Below, piece after piece: positions 1 to 12,829 of a stretch of 64,000 nt of DNA. Location of the stretch: the NCBI GenBank assembly GCA_904063045.1, contig CAJFCJ010000016.1, positions 806,001-870,000 of the forward strand. Direction: 5' to 3'. A model generated the notes under the pieces. That model did not search any database. It was not told the origin of the DNA and was given only the letters and a program-made list of their open reading frames with translations. The DNA comes from Dimorphilus gyrociliatus (lineage: Eukaryota; Animalia; Annelida). Positions within the stretch are counted from its first letter, which is position 1. Every line of letters starts with the position of its first letter. The position numbers and the translations under genes are program-made.

Positions 1-538
1 GTCTATAGGACTACGTTTTCTCTATTGAACTATTAGAAACATTAATATGGGGAAGGATACATAGATGATATTAGTAATAATTGAATATATTAGAATATAT
101 AGCAAAAAAAGAGAGTTATGTACAATGAATAAATAGTACCTTGACAATTAAAGGTGATATTAGTTATTGATATTATTACCAAGTATAACGTATTTAGTTA
201 AATAAATCAATAAAATAATACTTTTTTTATTTATCATTGAAAAGATAAAGAAATATATAGAAAAAAAGAAATTTCTATTTCTTATCTTGCTTTTTCAATG
301 AACATATTCAATTAATCTTTAATATACTCTACATACTTTAAATATTATTATATCCCTTATTAGCATAATTTATGAATAATTAACTCTTTAATTAATTCAT
401 TTTTTCTTTTATTTATTTGCTACGGTGTAATGTTTAATTGTGCAATCTATACTACTATATTTATATCTGTAATATTCAATTGATACAGATAGTAGTAATA
501 AGGGTATAGGTTTGTTATAAGTACAAGTATACACATAC

Positions 539-576
<38 letters not shown>

Positions 577-1562
577 CGTGTGAAAAGAGTCTATCAACAT
601 TATGTCTGATAATAAGCCCGTACAAGATCCATCTAATACTGAAAAATGTTATATATAGTATATTAACACTATATAAAAAGAAACGATTGTAGAGAGGGGC
701 AGAGAGAGTAAGAGTTAAAAAAATGGTTCAGAGAATACTGTTTTTAAAGCCAACTTTACCATATGACGGCTCATATACTGGTTCAAGTTTTATATATACT
801 GTATATACTGTATATAGCATACAGGAAAAAGTCATATATTAAATATAATATCGTCAAAGCCCATTCTGTAAACTATTTAAGCTATATTACATTGGCCTAT
901 TTTCACAATTGGTATCTATTTGAGTTGTTTATTAACCTCTTCTAAATGAAAAAAAAATGTCTATGTAATTAATGTTAATAGGGAAATGAACATGGCATAT
1001 GTTACTTTACACATAGTTTGTGAAACTATTTTGGTTTATAGGCCTATCTCTTTATAATTGACAATACTATTTCGCTTTTTATATCTTTATACTTTATAGT
1101 ATGAAAAAAGTTAAGTTTGAAAAAAAAAATTGAATAAAAATTCTTTTATATCAAAGAAAGAAAAAAAATGAAAAGAAAAAGAAACTAGTATTTTCTTTAG
1201 ATTTTTTTCTTTCTTTTTTTAACTCCCTCTCTTTCTCTCTCTTCTGTTTTCTTACTCTGGAAAGTATTATGACTCTTTCTGTTATTTTCCTTTTACTATT
1301 AATTGTTTATTCTATGAATGTTGTTAAAAATAAAAATGTATACAGTGACAGATGGATGTAAAATTATCCAATATATACGTATATTGAGTATAAAGCTTCT
1401 GACGTAATATCATATTTAATACAATATTAAATGGGAATGGGAGGACATGTGTATTTGTGTGGGTGGGGTAAATTGGCTGATATAGATTCGATTTATAAAA
1501 AGGAAACATGCAAACATTAACAAGTATTGAATAGTTTATAGATTTTCTCTTTTTAAACATAG

Positions 1563-4500
1563 ACAAAAAGAAGTTGAAATTACAAAAGAAAGTTCAAGAG
1601 CGGAAATCTTAGCTCAACAACCAAACTTTAACGAAAATTGCTGTATGAAATGCTGTAAAAAGCTAGTATTATTTATTTAATAAATTAATATATACTGTAT
1701 ATAATAATAATAATATTAATAATAATTTCTCTCTATTCAAAAACAAAATGCAGGTTTATTATTCTCTTTAATCCTAAAGTTAAATGCTCTTCCTGCGAAT
1801 TCAATTATTGTAAAAGTTGTTGCATTTTCATTAAAAAGAAATCTGCATACATATGCAAAACTTGTGATAATGACAAACAGTTAAGTGCCTCCACCTGTTC
1901 GTGGTTTTACGACGGTGTTAAAAAGAAGTAAGTTTTGTACTAAACTTTTATAAAACATGCTATATACAGTATAATTATTCGTCTTTAATAGATTTAGAAG
2001 ATTTGGTAGTGCTAAAATAGTGAGAACTTTAATACAAGCTCGTTCACTGTCCGATGAAGAAGGTATATATAAATACAGTATATATATATACAGTATATTA
2101 GTGTATATAGGTATATAGTCTATTCAAAAAATGACTAATTAGCATATTTTATATAAAAATGTTATTTAATATCATTTTAATTGAAAATGAATGAAATAAA
2201 GAGTAAGAGAAGAGAGAGAGAGAGAGGGAAAAGAGAAATTATGTTTAGATAAGATAAAAAGAAAATATACTATAAATTCTCTTCTCTTATTATTTTATTA
2301 CCATTTGAACTCTATAATCGATTTTTTAAAACATGTCAAGTTTTTTTTATTAAGAAAGCTATAAAAAATAAGATATTTAGCATATTTTTTTATATTAGGC
2401 CTATATTTAACTATTTTTTTCTTTCTTCTTTAACATTGCTATCTATTTATCTATTTATCATATTACTTTGTTCTATAGCTTTTTTTTTTCTCTTTTTCAC
2501 GTTACTCTCTTGATTCCTCGTTACTCTCTCTTTATCACTTTATCGCTATTTCTTCGCATGAGCATGCTATAACTGTGTTTTTAGTTAAACGTCTTCTTTA
2601 TCGCATTTTGTCCAGATTGCCAACGACATGCTAGTGACGACGAAAGACAGCGGCCAAGATATGGGCCTACAACAAGCGTTCAAGGTTTATTCGATAAAAT
2701 GATATATTTGAAGCATTCAGGTAGCCGATATGAGTGTAGTGATTACCATTTTCATTCTAGTATTCCTTTCAATTTTTGCGGTGATTCTAATTGTCTTTCG
2801 TGTGAAAAAAATTAGAGTAGTTGGTTGGTTATTTTATAAACGAAGGGATGATTTATACTTTCATTTTCTATATTTGATTTTATATATTGGTGACCTCAAT
2901 TGCTAAAAGGAAAGGCAACAGTATGCCTTTTTTATATATAATTAAATAAATAATATTCATATCTTCATTCAAGTCAACTCGATTACAATTTAACCTTTAA
3001 AGCAAAACAGAAGTAAAATTCAAGTTTTATCATCAAATTATATGAAACTATATTGAAAAATAAATATGAAATGACTTTTTTTCTTTATTATTAAATGATA
3101 TAGAAAAGAGAAAAAGCCATTTTTTTTTGATTTCTTTATCTTATATGATTTATCTGCTACTTGAATGCTAATATAATTCAAACAACTTGAAATAAAAAAT
3201 ATTTAACAACTGTACACTATAGCAGATCTGAAAGAGAGCATCGACACGTTGAGAGAATCGTTACAGTCCGCTGAAAAACGTCTATTCTCCGAATTAGACA
3301 ATGACACCAATGAAGTTCGATCTCTAGAAGTCTGTAAATGTTCAATAGATGACGCCTGCAAAACCTTTCTCCAATCGAACGCTAATTCATCGGCAGCAAG
3401 GCAGGAACTACAACGTCAATTGTGTATATTCGCTGGAGAAGACGAGTTGGACCAAAGCACTTCAGATTACGGTTCGGATATTCGAACGGATTCAAGCGAA
3501 TCTTTAATAAATTCGCTATACAAGCGTTACCGAGAACGTCAAGAGAGGTTTGTTCTTAGGGCTCTGGAGAAATTATATAACGATTGCGTAATCGCACACC
3601 TGATGAACAGAATCAAGGAAGACGCTAGCACCACGGATTTTCGGTCACTTTCTTCTTTAGAAAGAGACGAATCGGTAAGCGAAGAAATTCAATCAACAGT
3701 CGTTCAACTAAATAGTCAAGTTCCCGACTCCGATCTAACAACCAAGGAGGATATAAGCCATTTGAAGACTATTGATGTGTCTCAACAAAGCCCCAAAAGC
3801 TTCTTGGATCCCTCCGCTGAACAGGATGAAGACGTTGACCTAGAAGAATTAGAATCGTTTTGTTCAGCTAAAGAAACTTCGCTACCTCACTTTAATACAA
3901 CAATTTCAAGTCTAACGGAAACTGATCCTGATTTGCTACAAATGTCATTAATTGACTACGAAGCTTTGGATACTCTCAAAGAACAGAGAGAATTAGAAGA
4001 AAATGGGAAAATAGAAGAAAGGAAAGTTGGAGAAGGAAAAGATGGCGAAGACGAAGAAGAAGAAGAAGAAGAAGATTTTGACATTGACGATGACGTAAAT
4101 ATGGAAGAGGAAGTATCATTGCGTTCAAAACCAGAATATAATTTCCGACCTCCAACTGAAAATGTTTTCAGTCCTTACAAAAATATGAAAAATTCAACAA
4201 TCATTGGCGAAGATAACTTTTTAATGTACACTCCCGAAGGTGACAACTCCCAACAAGAAGTGTTGTCGGACGACGACAACCTTCCAAGCGATATTGATAG
4301 ATTCTCAATAGATAGCGAAGAAGAGGATAAACTAGAGAATTTAGACGAAAGCTATCTGGATTCACCATCCAAAATCGATATAGACGAAGGTTAGTAGAAG
4401 AATTTCTGACAACTTTTGACATATGTAATTTTTATTGCGTGCAATAAATATATTAGGAATTTCAAAAGGATAGAAATACTATACAAGTATATATAAAACA

Positions 4501-7171
4501 GGTAGCCCGTGTTTTGTTGTCTCTCCTCCAAAGAAAACGACAATAAATCTGGGAGATATGGCATCAATAACCTGTACAATTGAAGGCTCGTTACCAATTA
4601 CTGTACAATGGTTCTCATCACAAACCCAACTAGAATCGGACGAAAAGTACGAAATTGGCCAAGTTGATAGCGATATTCACTCCTTAGATATTTATAACTG
4701 TAAAGCCATCGATAGTGGAACTTATAGAATATTATTAACCAATGAAAAGGGATCTGCAGAGAAGAAATTTGACGTAATTGTCAAAGAGGATAGTATATCA
4801 GGAGGTTCGTACTCTTCTTTATCTTTAAATGGCTTTGGTAGGTAGGTCGCTAGTACATAGAGTCTATCTAAACAAATAACAGATTAAAATTAAATATAAA
4901 AAGATAATCGATTATCCTTAGAAAATTGAAGAGATTTCATTTTGTGTTCTTTAGGTATGAAGCCTCGTTTAATAGAAGGTTTAAGGAAGACTTATAGCGT
5001 AAGGAGCGGTGACGACGCTTTCTTCTTTTTCTCAATCACAGCTTTTCCAATTCCAAGAGTTGCTTGGTACATCGACTCTCAATTAGTAAATGCAACAAAC
5101 TTTCCAAATGCACAATCCACTAAATATAAAAAAGACTATTCACTCTATATAAAACAAGTAACAAAATCATCGATAATAACAGTAAAAGCGTTTAACTTCT
5201 TAGGAGAAATTGAAAGCAGCTGCTCGTTAAAAGTATTGGATGAAAATGCTAATGAAAATGAATCTATTTATCCATCCGAGGAAGATTTAAATCAAATTGC
5301 ATCGATAATGTCCGATAAAACTGATAAGGTATGTAGAAAGAAAAGAGAAAGAAGCGTACTATTTTTCTCTTTATCGTCGTAAAGTTCAATATATCTCGTA
5401 TATTAGTTTTGAACAGGGAATACTAGAACTTTTACGCTTTGAACGGTATTATTTTGTTGCTTTTTTTTGTATTGAATATCTCCTCGTAGGGAAAATTGAA
5501 TAAATTGGTTGCAAAGTGCAATTCTTTAAGGGAGGAATATAATATGGAATCGAAGTATATGAAAGAATGGGTAACAATAAGCTTATTGAGCTTAAAAATA
5601 AAAATATTCCAGGCCTATAAAGAATGTTTATACATAGTTGAATATTAGTAAATAGAATGCATGATATATATATATATAGATATATATATTAGATGGTATT
5701 ATACGCATCCTATTGTCTTAAATAGATTTTCATGAATATGCTAATTTCCCTTTATTTACATATTTTAAATTAAATTTTACTCTTATCATTCGTGCAGAGG
5801 AACGATGTTGAAAACTTTGAGAATTCAATCAATTCTGTTGATTCTAAACTTGAAAATTTGGATACGGATGTTCAACTGTTAACTCCTCAACCGCAAGATA
5901 GCTTTTTCGATGTTGATTTAGAGCTTAGGAATGTTAATATATGCGTAAGGAGTTTACGAGAAATAAATAAGAAACCTAGATTGTTCAGGCAAATGTCATC
6001 CGCCTTAGACGCTATTCATCAAACTCTTACGGACATTGAAAGGAGCCAGAGCGTAAGGGAAAGACGGTTGAGTGAACCTTCCCAAAATGTTGTATCTCTA
6101 CGCCATCATTTTATTGAGGAAGAGGACATTGAAGATTTTACGGAAAAGGTCGAGTTGTATTTACCGTTCGACGATTATGAAACTCTTTACATTTATAAGC
6201 TGATAGACCGTACGATTTTAAGGCAGGCATTTATTACTGAACGCCAGATGGCGTCCGTAAAAAAAGTTTTAATAGCGCTTCCGAGTTTAAAAGAGAAATT
6301 AGCCATGGAAGATAAGACAATTTTACTACCAGATATATCTGAAATGGATGGAAATTTGGTTCTCAATTGTGGATTGAAACGCGTTAATTCTAAACGTTAC
6401 AAACGTGATTATAATATTAATAGATCAGGTCAAAAAGGTCAACCAGAAGTAAAACCCTTTATAAAAGAGGAAAGTCAAGGTCAAAAAGCTAAAAGTATTC
6501 TCAAGCAACCGAATGATACATTAGCCAAAGCAACTCTTGTCCTAGTCGATGAGAGACCGGAACTAGCCCAGGTAATGTAATAATAAATATCGGAGCGCGT
6601 GGGTTAACCATAATCATAAGACAATTTAGTAGATTTACAAAAAGTCTTAATACTTTTTCTCTATTTTATTAACAAAACTAACCACCGATTTAATTAACAA
6701 ATAAGTATTAATAGATTAGTTAAGAATTGAATCTAGGTTAGAACGGTAAATACAATCGCAGCTTTAATTAAAAACTTCTCATTAGTATTATAATAATAAC
6801 AACAACAACCCGTGCAAAAGTTAACCTATTATAATGGCAATTTTAATTATAAACCATACGAAAACAAAATACCAAATGTCTAAAAGTTAATTGGTCAACT
6901 ATATTAAATACTGTAATAGTCTTTTTCTTCGGTAAGTCGCATGAATAAAGAAAGCACAATCTGCAAAAGCTATAATTTAATACTTTATTATATACATTTA
7001 CATAAAATTGCGCATGTATTCACAGCTAAAAGCTTTATTGCATATATTTCTTAATATTACATAAAGTTGAATTATTGCTGTAATAGAAGTTTCTTTATAG
7101 TTTTCTTTGTTGTATAGAATCCTGCAAGTAAACCAGAAGAGTCATCTGATTTAAAAGATTCGTTTTGTTGA
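1563..7171 (+). CDS. MYRIP: Slac2/MyRIP/melanophilin-family Rab27 effector with acidic region and two Ig I-set domains; 5'-partial (first coding exon is upstream of the window). Exons 1563-1661, 1754-1927, 1992-2062, 2616-2684, 3223-4389, 4502-4804, 4955-5328, 5490-5570, 5798-6571, 7118-7171
   Basis: Spliced translation gives NCCMKCCKKFIILFNPKVKCSSCEFNYCKSCC..YICKTC..SWFYDGVKKKFRRFGSAKIV, the Rab-binding FYVE_2/SHD signature (WFY..V..RF.RFGSAK). Later exons give Ig motifs (ASITCTIEG..ITVQW..DSGTYRILLTNEKG; AFPIPRVAWY..VKAFNFLGE). Splice phases are consistent over about 1055 codons; one GC-AG intron is required. Symbol denotes family, not strict orthology. Confidence 0.85.
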
Positions 7172-7662
7172 AAAAGGAAAGAAGAAAATTGAAAACAATA
7201 GAAATAATATATGATAAATATGAATAAAAGTACCAAAATTAACTCTTTCCTATCCTGTGTCTATCTCTTTTTTGTTGTTTTTATACATCGGCCAATAGCT
7301 GTAAAATTTAGCCATATAATATAAAAATATGAATATATACAGTATATCTATAATTTAAATCCTTTTTGTTTTCTAATTAAAATATTAAAAATTAAAAAAA
7401 TATACAAACTATGCAAACGTCAATGTTTCTTCTTCGTGGATATTAAATACAAAGATAAACAATTAAAAATCATTCCAAGCTTTGTTTGTTGTTAATTATT
7501 TTATTAAAAGAATGTTATATTTAATATAAAATTTGTCTATTCAAAAAGAAAAGGTAAAGAAAAAAGGGAAAAATAAACAATTCTATAGGAAATATTTCGA
7601 AAACGAAAATAATTATGCAAATTAGAAACAATATACGAAAGATAAGAAAATTCTTTCTTTTC

Positions 7663-10600
7663 TTAATTCCTTAGTCCTTTAAATTTAATTATTGGATTCT
7701 GTAAAAGGCTTTGTTTTAACGTTGGTCTTCCTTTATCATCCAATGGATCTTCATTCTTGAATTTTCTGGCATAGATTTCCGGATAACTTGTCTTGAACTA
7801 TTGAAATATATATATATATATATATAATTATTAAATTGTATATTCGTCTAATCTACCTCTTTCAATCTCTTCTTCTTTTCCTTGTCAGTCATATTTTCAT
7901 TCTTTGTAATAGTATCCAATAGATCACGTAGTGCTTGTTGCGATGAACTTAACTTTTGATTTTCGAATTCTTGAACGGATATTTGACTGCAGTAAACTTT
8001 GTCCGCCCAATCATTTTTCAACTGTAAATTTATGGTTTTTTTTCTCTTTTAATAATTTAACATTTTAATGATCTTCATTTTACATAAAGATTTTTATTAT
8101 CTTCTCTAATTACTCAAAATTATTTTAATGGAAATAATGCAATCACAACATGCTAATACACACTGATATTTATATAAAAAGGAAAATTAATACAAGTTAT
8201 ATATATTGATTCATTCTCTTGATTTTGATAAGCGAAAGAGAGATTAATATTTTGATAAGATTTTTTTCTGTAATATTCTTTTTAGCATGCAAAAAATAGA
8301 AACGAAAAACAAAAAAGTCTATTAATTCAATTTACTTTTGATTGTTTTCCTTGAATTTTTCGTTTCTTTTAAAAAATAAACAAAAAAAAGTTGCTTATCT
8401 TATGATTAAATTAAAGCTGATTTTTTACTATTACTATCATTGTTTTAGACAGAATTTAGCTTGTTTTCTTTTGTTTTTTTTTGTTCTTTTAGCTTTTTTT
8501 TTAAAAAGTCATGCAAAAAAAATCTTACCACAACCGATTCCAAAGACTGAAAACAGTAACATAAATATATAAAAAAAATTCTTCCTTATCATAATCAACT
8601 TTTGCATTTTAAATATATGAAATATATTAATTTTATGGTTGATTTTTGATTTCATTTTTTTAATAAATTCAAATTTGTAAATTCAATTTGGATGGTTCAC
8701 TTCTATGGAATTTTGAAATTGAACATTTTACCTTTGCTCTTCTCAATGAAATGATTCTTTCTTCTATTTGATCTTTTAAAGTTTCTGGGATGGATAAAAC
8801 CGCTTGATAATTATCTAATAATAAAGATACTAAATGGGCGTCTGCTATTTCCAAATCTTCTACTTTCTTCTTCTCTGGCCTTATAATACAAATGGTAAAC
8901 GTAGAAATGACCTAGAAAAAATAAAAAATATAATAATCAATCCGAATCGTGTTGGAAATATATTTTCTACTCACAAAGTCTCTATTAGATTCTCCTGAAA
9001 CAAGTTTGAGTTTGCGATTACTTATCATTTTCGACATTAATCTCAAAAGTAAGTGCAATTTCCTTCTGTTTCCTGGAGGAAGTAATAAAAGTGCTGTTTG
9101 TAACGCTTCAATCATTTTGTTCTTCTTCAACGGAGTAACAATGCCTGTGTTGGATTACATTATGAAAATTAATTAATTATGCTGATGCGAGAAAATGTAA
9201 AAGGGAAAGAAACTTACACGGCGAACTAATGCTTCTGCTTAAAGTTTTACAAGGTTTTTCCGGCGTTTTATAATCTTCGACTTTTAAGTTCGATGCAATT
9301 TCGTTATTTATTTCCTCCTGACAGACGAATACCGAAGTCTTCTTCATATATGGGGGTGGAGGTACATAGGGGGGTGGGCTCGGTTGACGTCGTCTCCAAT
9401 CTTTTTTACTCTCAAGATTATCCAAGTATCTTGGACTCATCCTATAAGGAGCGTGAGAAGTTGGACTAGCAATAGCTTTACTAACAACTGATCTGTAACC
9501 GAAGATGTTAAGGTTAGGAAGGATTTGACACGAACTCCAGAATAAGAAAATACTAACCTAATGTCATTTTCGACGGTTGTCCAATTGTATAGAACATTGC
9601 TTTGATTGCCACGAAGCGTTTCGCAAAATCTTTTATTCTCCCTCACGTCGTTCATCGAATAGAACATTTTATCATCTTTCGGCAAGCAGAGAGATTTCGT
9701 TTCCATCTGCCCAATACTTGTAATAGACGCATATTGGACCGGATAGCGTCTATAACCAGATTCACCGTATCTTCTCGATGGAGTCGGCGGTTCAGCGCAC
9801 AAAGAATCAGATCTAGCGGCACATTGATGCTTTTCAGAGTTTAAGGAAGTGGAAGAAGAAAAAGCTTTCAGTTTCTTCATCATAGAAGTTTTCGCCCTTC
9901 TTTCAGCAGGACGGTAAGGTTTTTCCTCCACTTCCGGAAAAGTTTCAGATGAAGCATTAGAGTCATCAACATGACTGGATTCAGTTGAATTTGAAGAGGT
10001 TAGAAAATCTATTGAGTATTTACATATACGTTGGTTAGTTATAGATTTCTTACAAGAGTCATTCCATTAAAAAATTTACCTTGAATAAAAGCGAAAATTT
10101 CATAAAATTGGCAAGTTAGCAGAGGTTCTTCATGATTATAGAAATAGTCTTTAACAACATTCAAAACATCTCTTTCGAATCCTTCGTAGCTGGGAAGGTC
10201 TTTGTCTACTTTGTCTGGCCAGTGAGCTAAGCATCTCATTGCCGATAATACCCAATGAGGTAATTGATCTAATAGTTACGAGTGGATTAATCATTGTCGT
10301 CCGAAATATATAGTTTAAACGTAAAATCTTACCAGATTTTGGTATATTTGTAACAACACCGTTCTTACTGACATGAGAAACATTATGTATAATATATTCG
10401 GGATTTACGCTGTCAATTTGAATTAAATCTGAGAGTTTATTCAAGCCTAAAACTCTTTGAAGTCTATAAAATAAATATTTTAATGTTAATTAGTTTATAA
10501 TTTAATTAACAAAAAGAAACAATTCTCTAGTACTTATTTATAACCATATTCTTCCAAATTCCATCAGTCTCCTCCTTCGATATTCGTGTACTGCTCATAG

Positions 10601-11486
10601 CAACCAATTCGCATTCCTTTTTCATCTCTTCTTTCTTGGAAGTTTTCTGAGACCTTGTAAGAATTAATAATAAACTTATAGCTAATCTATAGATTATGAT
10701 CAATTTATCATTTGACAAACTAATCATATATCGCACTTAAAAACTAACGATTCATTAATGAATTAATAATAAGTTAATTATTATTTGTAAGTTTACTAAT
10801 AGAAATATCAATAAATTACCTAGATAAAATTGGTAAATTCATTAAACTTGTTCGGCTAGACAAGGGCACTCTGCCACTCTTAGAGGACGATAGATCTTTC
10901 AAGGACTTTCCATTCTCATCCGATATTCCTGTTACTGTATGACGTCTTTGATTTCTTGGTGTTATTTTCAATCTATGAAAATGGTAAATCATTAAACGAG
11001 CTATTATTTAATTTTAATTTCTCACTCATTTACCTGTAGAGTTTGTTATTATCCTCAAATAATTCCTTATTATGCTTTTTACCTCGAACATCTTCAAATA
11101 TATTAGAAGCCTGTAGCTTTCTGAGCAGTTGAACAGCTTGAAATCTTCAAGAAAAACAATAATTAAATTCCTATATTTACCTAATTTCGAGTGGATTAAT
11201 TTACCTGGTTACTCCCGAATATTCATTCTTGTTAGTTAAAAATTGATGAACCCAATCTACAGCCTCAGATGCTACAAAACAATCATCGAAGGTTTTCATA
11301 TGCCTTCTATGTCTTCCTAACTTGATATTTTCATTAAAATTATTTACTATTTCATTCCACTGTTACAAAAATAGAACGCTGTTAGAAAGTTTTATTCGGC
11401 TAAATATTTTTACTTACTAATTGTGTTGCTTTATATGGTCCGATTGGTGTGGAAAGTTGAGTAGTAGACGTAGAAGAAGAAAACAT
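7663..11486 (-). CDS. DEPDC1: DEP domain-containing protein 1 (DEP + RhoGAP-like), 13 coding exons, about 767 aa. Exons 11418-11486, 11205-11359, 11034-11144, 10820-10972, 10534-10653, 10333-10463, 10080-10268, 9558-10008, 9218-9492, 8975-9144, 8732-8911, 7857-8021, 7663-7797
   Basis: GPYKATQLWNEIV..RHRRHMKTFDDCFVASEAVDW (DEP domain); DQLPHWVLSAMRCLAHWP..YEGFERDV..DYF..EEPLLT; LLLPPGNRRKLHLLLRLMSKM (RhoGAP-like). All GT-AG introns; total length divisible by 3. Confidence 0.95.
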
Positions 11487-11589
11487 TGCTATAAAAAAGA
11501 ATTAAATCTCTAGCCTAAATAAATAGAAATGATTTTTCAGTTTTTTTCAGGATATAAAATTCATAATATGCGTTAAATATGAAACGAAA

Positions 11590-12360
11590 GCTGATTGGCT
11601 AGTCCTCACCAGTGTGATTGTTAATCCATATAATTAAAACAAATGGTAGCTTCTAGTATTTATATGCTCCGCCATTTTGAAAAACCGTTTAAGGAGCACT
11701 TAACTGTGTATGTAAACACGGAGAGCTACTCTGTCAGCTAGGGAATAAAGTAAAATAAAGCAAATAACTTAGTCGAGTTTGGAAAATGGCGCTTATAGAA
11801 ATCTAACCCGCGCCATTTTGTTTATTTCTAATTGTCATTGGACTTTAACTTATATCGGCCATGTCGCTAGGTTGTACCGTGCCAGATTGAATTAAGTAAC
11901 TAACTCGGCGAGTAACAACCAGTGAAGACACGATTTATTCTTTAAAAAATTTCAAATTTTGTAATAAAACTAGCTAGAGAATTATCACTGTAAAAATTAT
12001 TTAGTTTGGAGCATATTTTTTACATTTAAGGCTAAATATATGTTCTTGACTTAGTCCTGTTTTGACCAAATGATATATCCAACATGGTGGTATGACGCCG
12101 TTGACTGGGACTATTTCTATTCAAGCATCAGCAGATTCTGTTGCATTTTAAAAAACTAGAACCACTAAAAGTTAGAAAAATCTAATTTTATTAAATTAAT
12201 ATAAAAATTCATCAGAGTTTATATAAATAACTAGTTGTAAAATATGTTACGGAGCGAACTATTTTACAGGCGCAGGACTACACTGCAACAGTTGCCCTAG
12301 AAATAAACACCATAGTCACCATCACTCTTGGCGACTGTTACCAAACTACATCAGGTCAGT
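11590..12360. promoter_or_regulatory. Divergent promoter region of DEPDC1 (-) and RFX (+), with YY1-like and CHR-like motifs
   Basis: Head-to-head genes with locally raised GC. CGCCATTTT / AAAATGGCG at about 11670, 11785 and 11810; TTTGAA (CHR-like) at 11676-11681; ATTGG near 11595 and 11837; untranslated-exon donors CTG|GTGAG (minus, about 11630) and CAG|GTCAGT (plus, about 12355). Confidence 0.55.
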
Positions 12361-12815
12361 AATTGTTTACATTTTGTTTTCACTATGCAACTATCACTAT
12401 AAATAAGAAAGCTATCACATCAAAAGCGCCGCCCTTATCTCTAGCTTCTCAGATTAGCTGATTTTTACCGTTGTGTTTATACCCTCTTTGTTTTATATGG
12501 CGGCCTGTCTATTTTGTGGAAAGCTTATAAAGTTTTCACAGCTCTTTTCTATAACTGCTATACGTTTAGAAAAAAACAGCGAAAATTGTATGGAATAAGT
12601 AAAAAAAAGTGCCGAGACGTCTTGTCAGGACTTGAACATTCAATCGATTCTTGTTTGTTCTCGTTCCCGTTCGTTTTTTCTTTTAAAATAGTGCATTTTT
12701 GATACTTTATATGTAGGAAATTGTAACTTTTGTTCGTTTATTATTATTGTACTTTGAATGTATATATATATTATATAAGGAAGTTACAACTAACGAACGG
12801 GTTTGTTTAAACGCT

Positions 12816-12829
12816 GTTTCCATAGTTAC
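12816..12829. promoter_or_regulatory. X-box (RFX site) GTTTCCATAGTTAC upstream of the RFX coding start
   Basis: Matches the GTNNCC-AT-RGNAAC palindrome with one half perfect (GGAAAC on the minus strand). Related sites at 12291-12304 (GTTGCCCTAGAAAT) and 13723-13737 (GTTACCATTGACAAC). Confidence 0.5.

Noticed and set aside
1431-1523. ATG ORF (MGMGGHVYLCGW..) that could splice in phase to exon 1563
   Set aside because: Needs a 39-nt intron, shorter than any other here, and shows no similarity to the expected Rab-binding helix; the true first exon is probably upstream of the window.
2730-2906. Hydrophobic ORF MSVVITIFILVFLSIFAVILIVFRVKK resembling a TM-anchor alternative first exon
   Set aside because: Its hydrophobicity is explained by T-ending codons of the overlapping frame, which is continuous with exon 2616.
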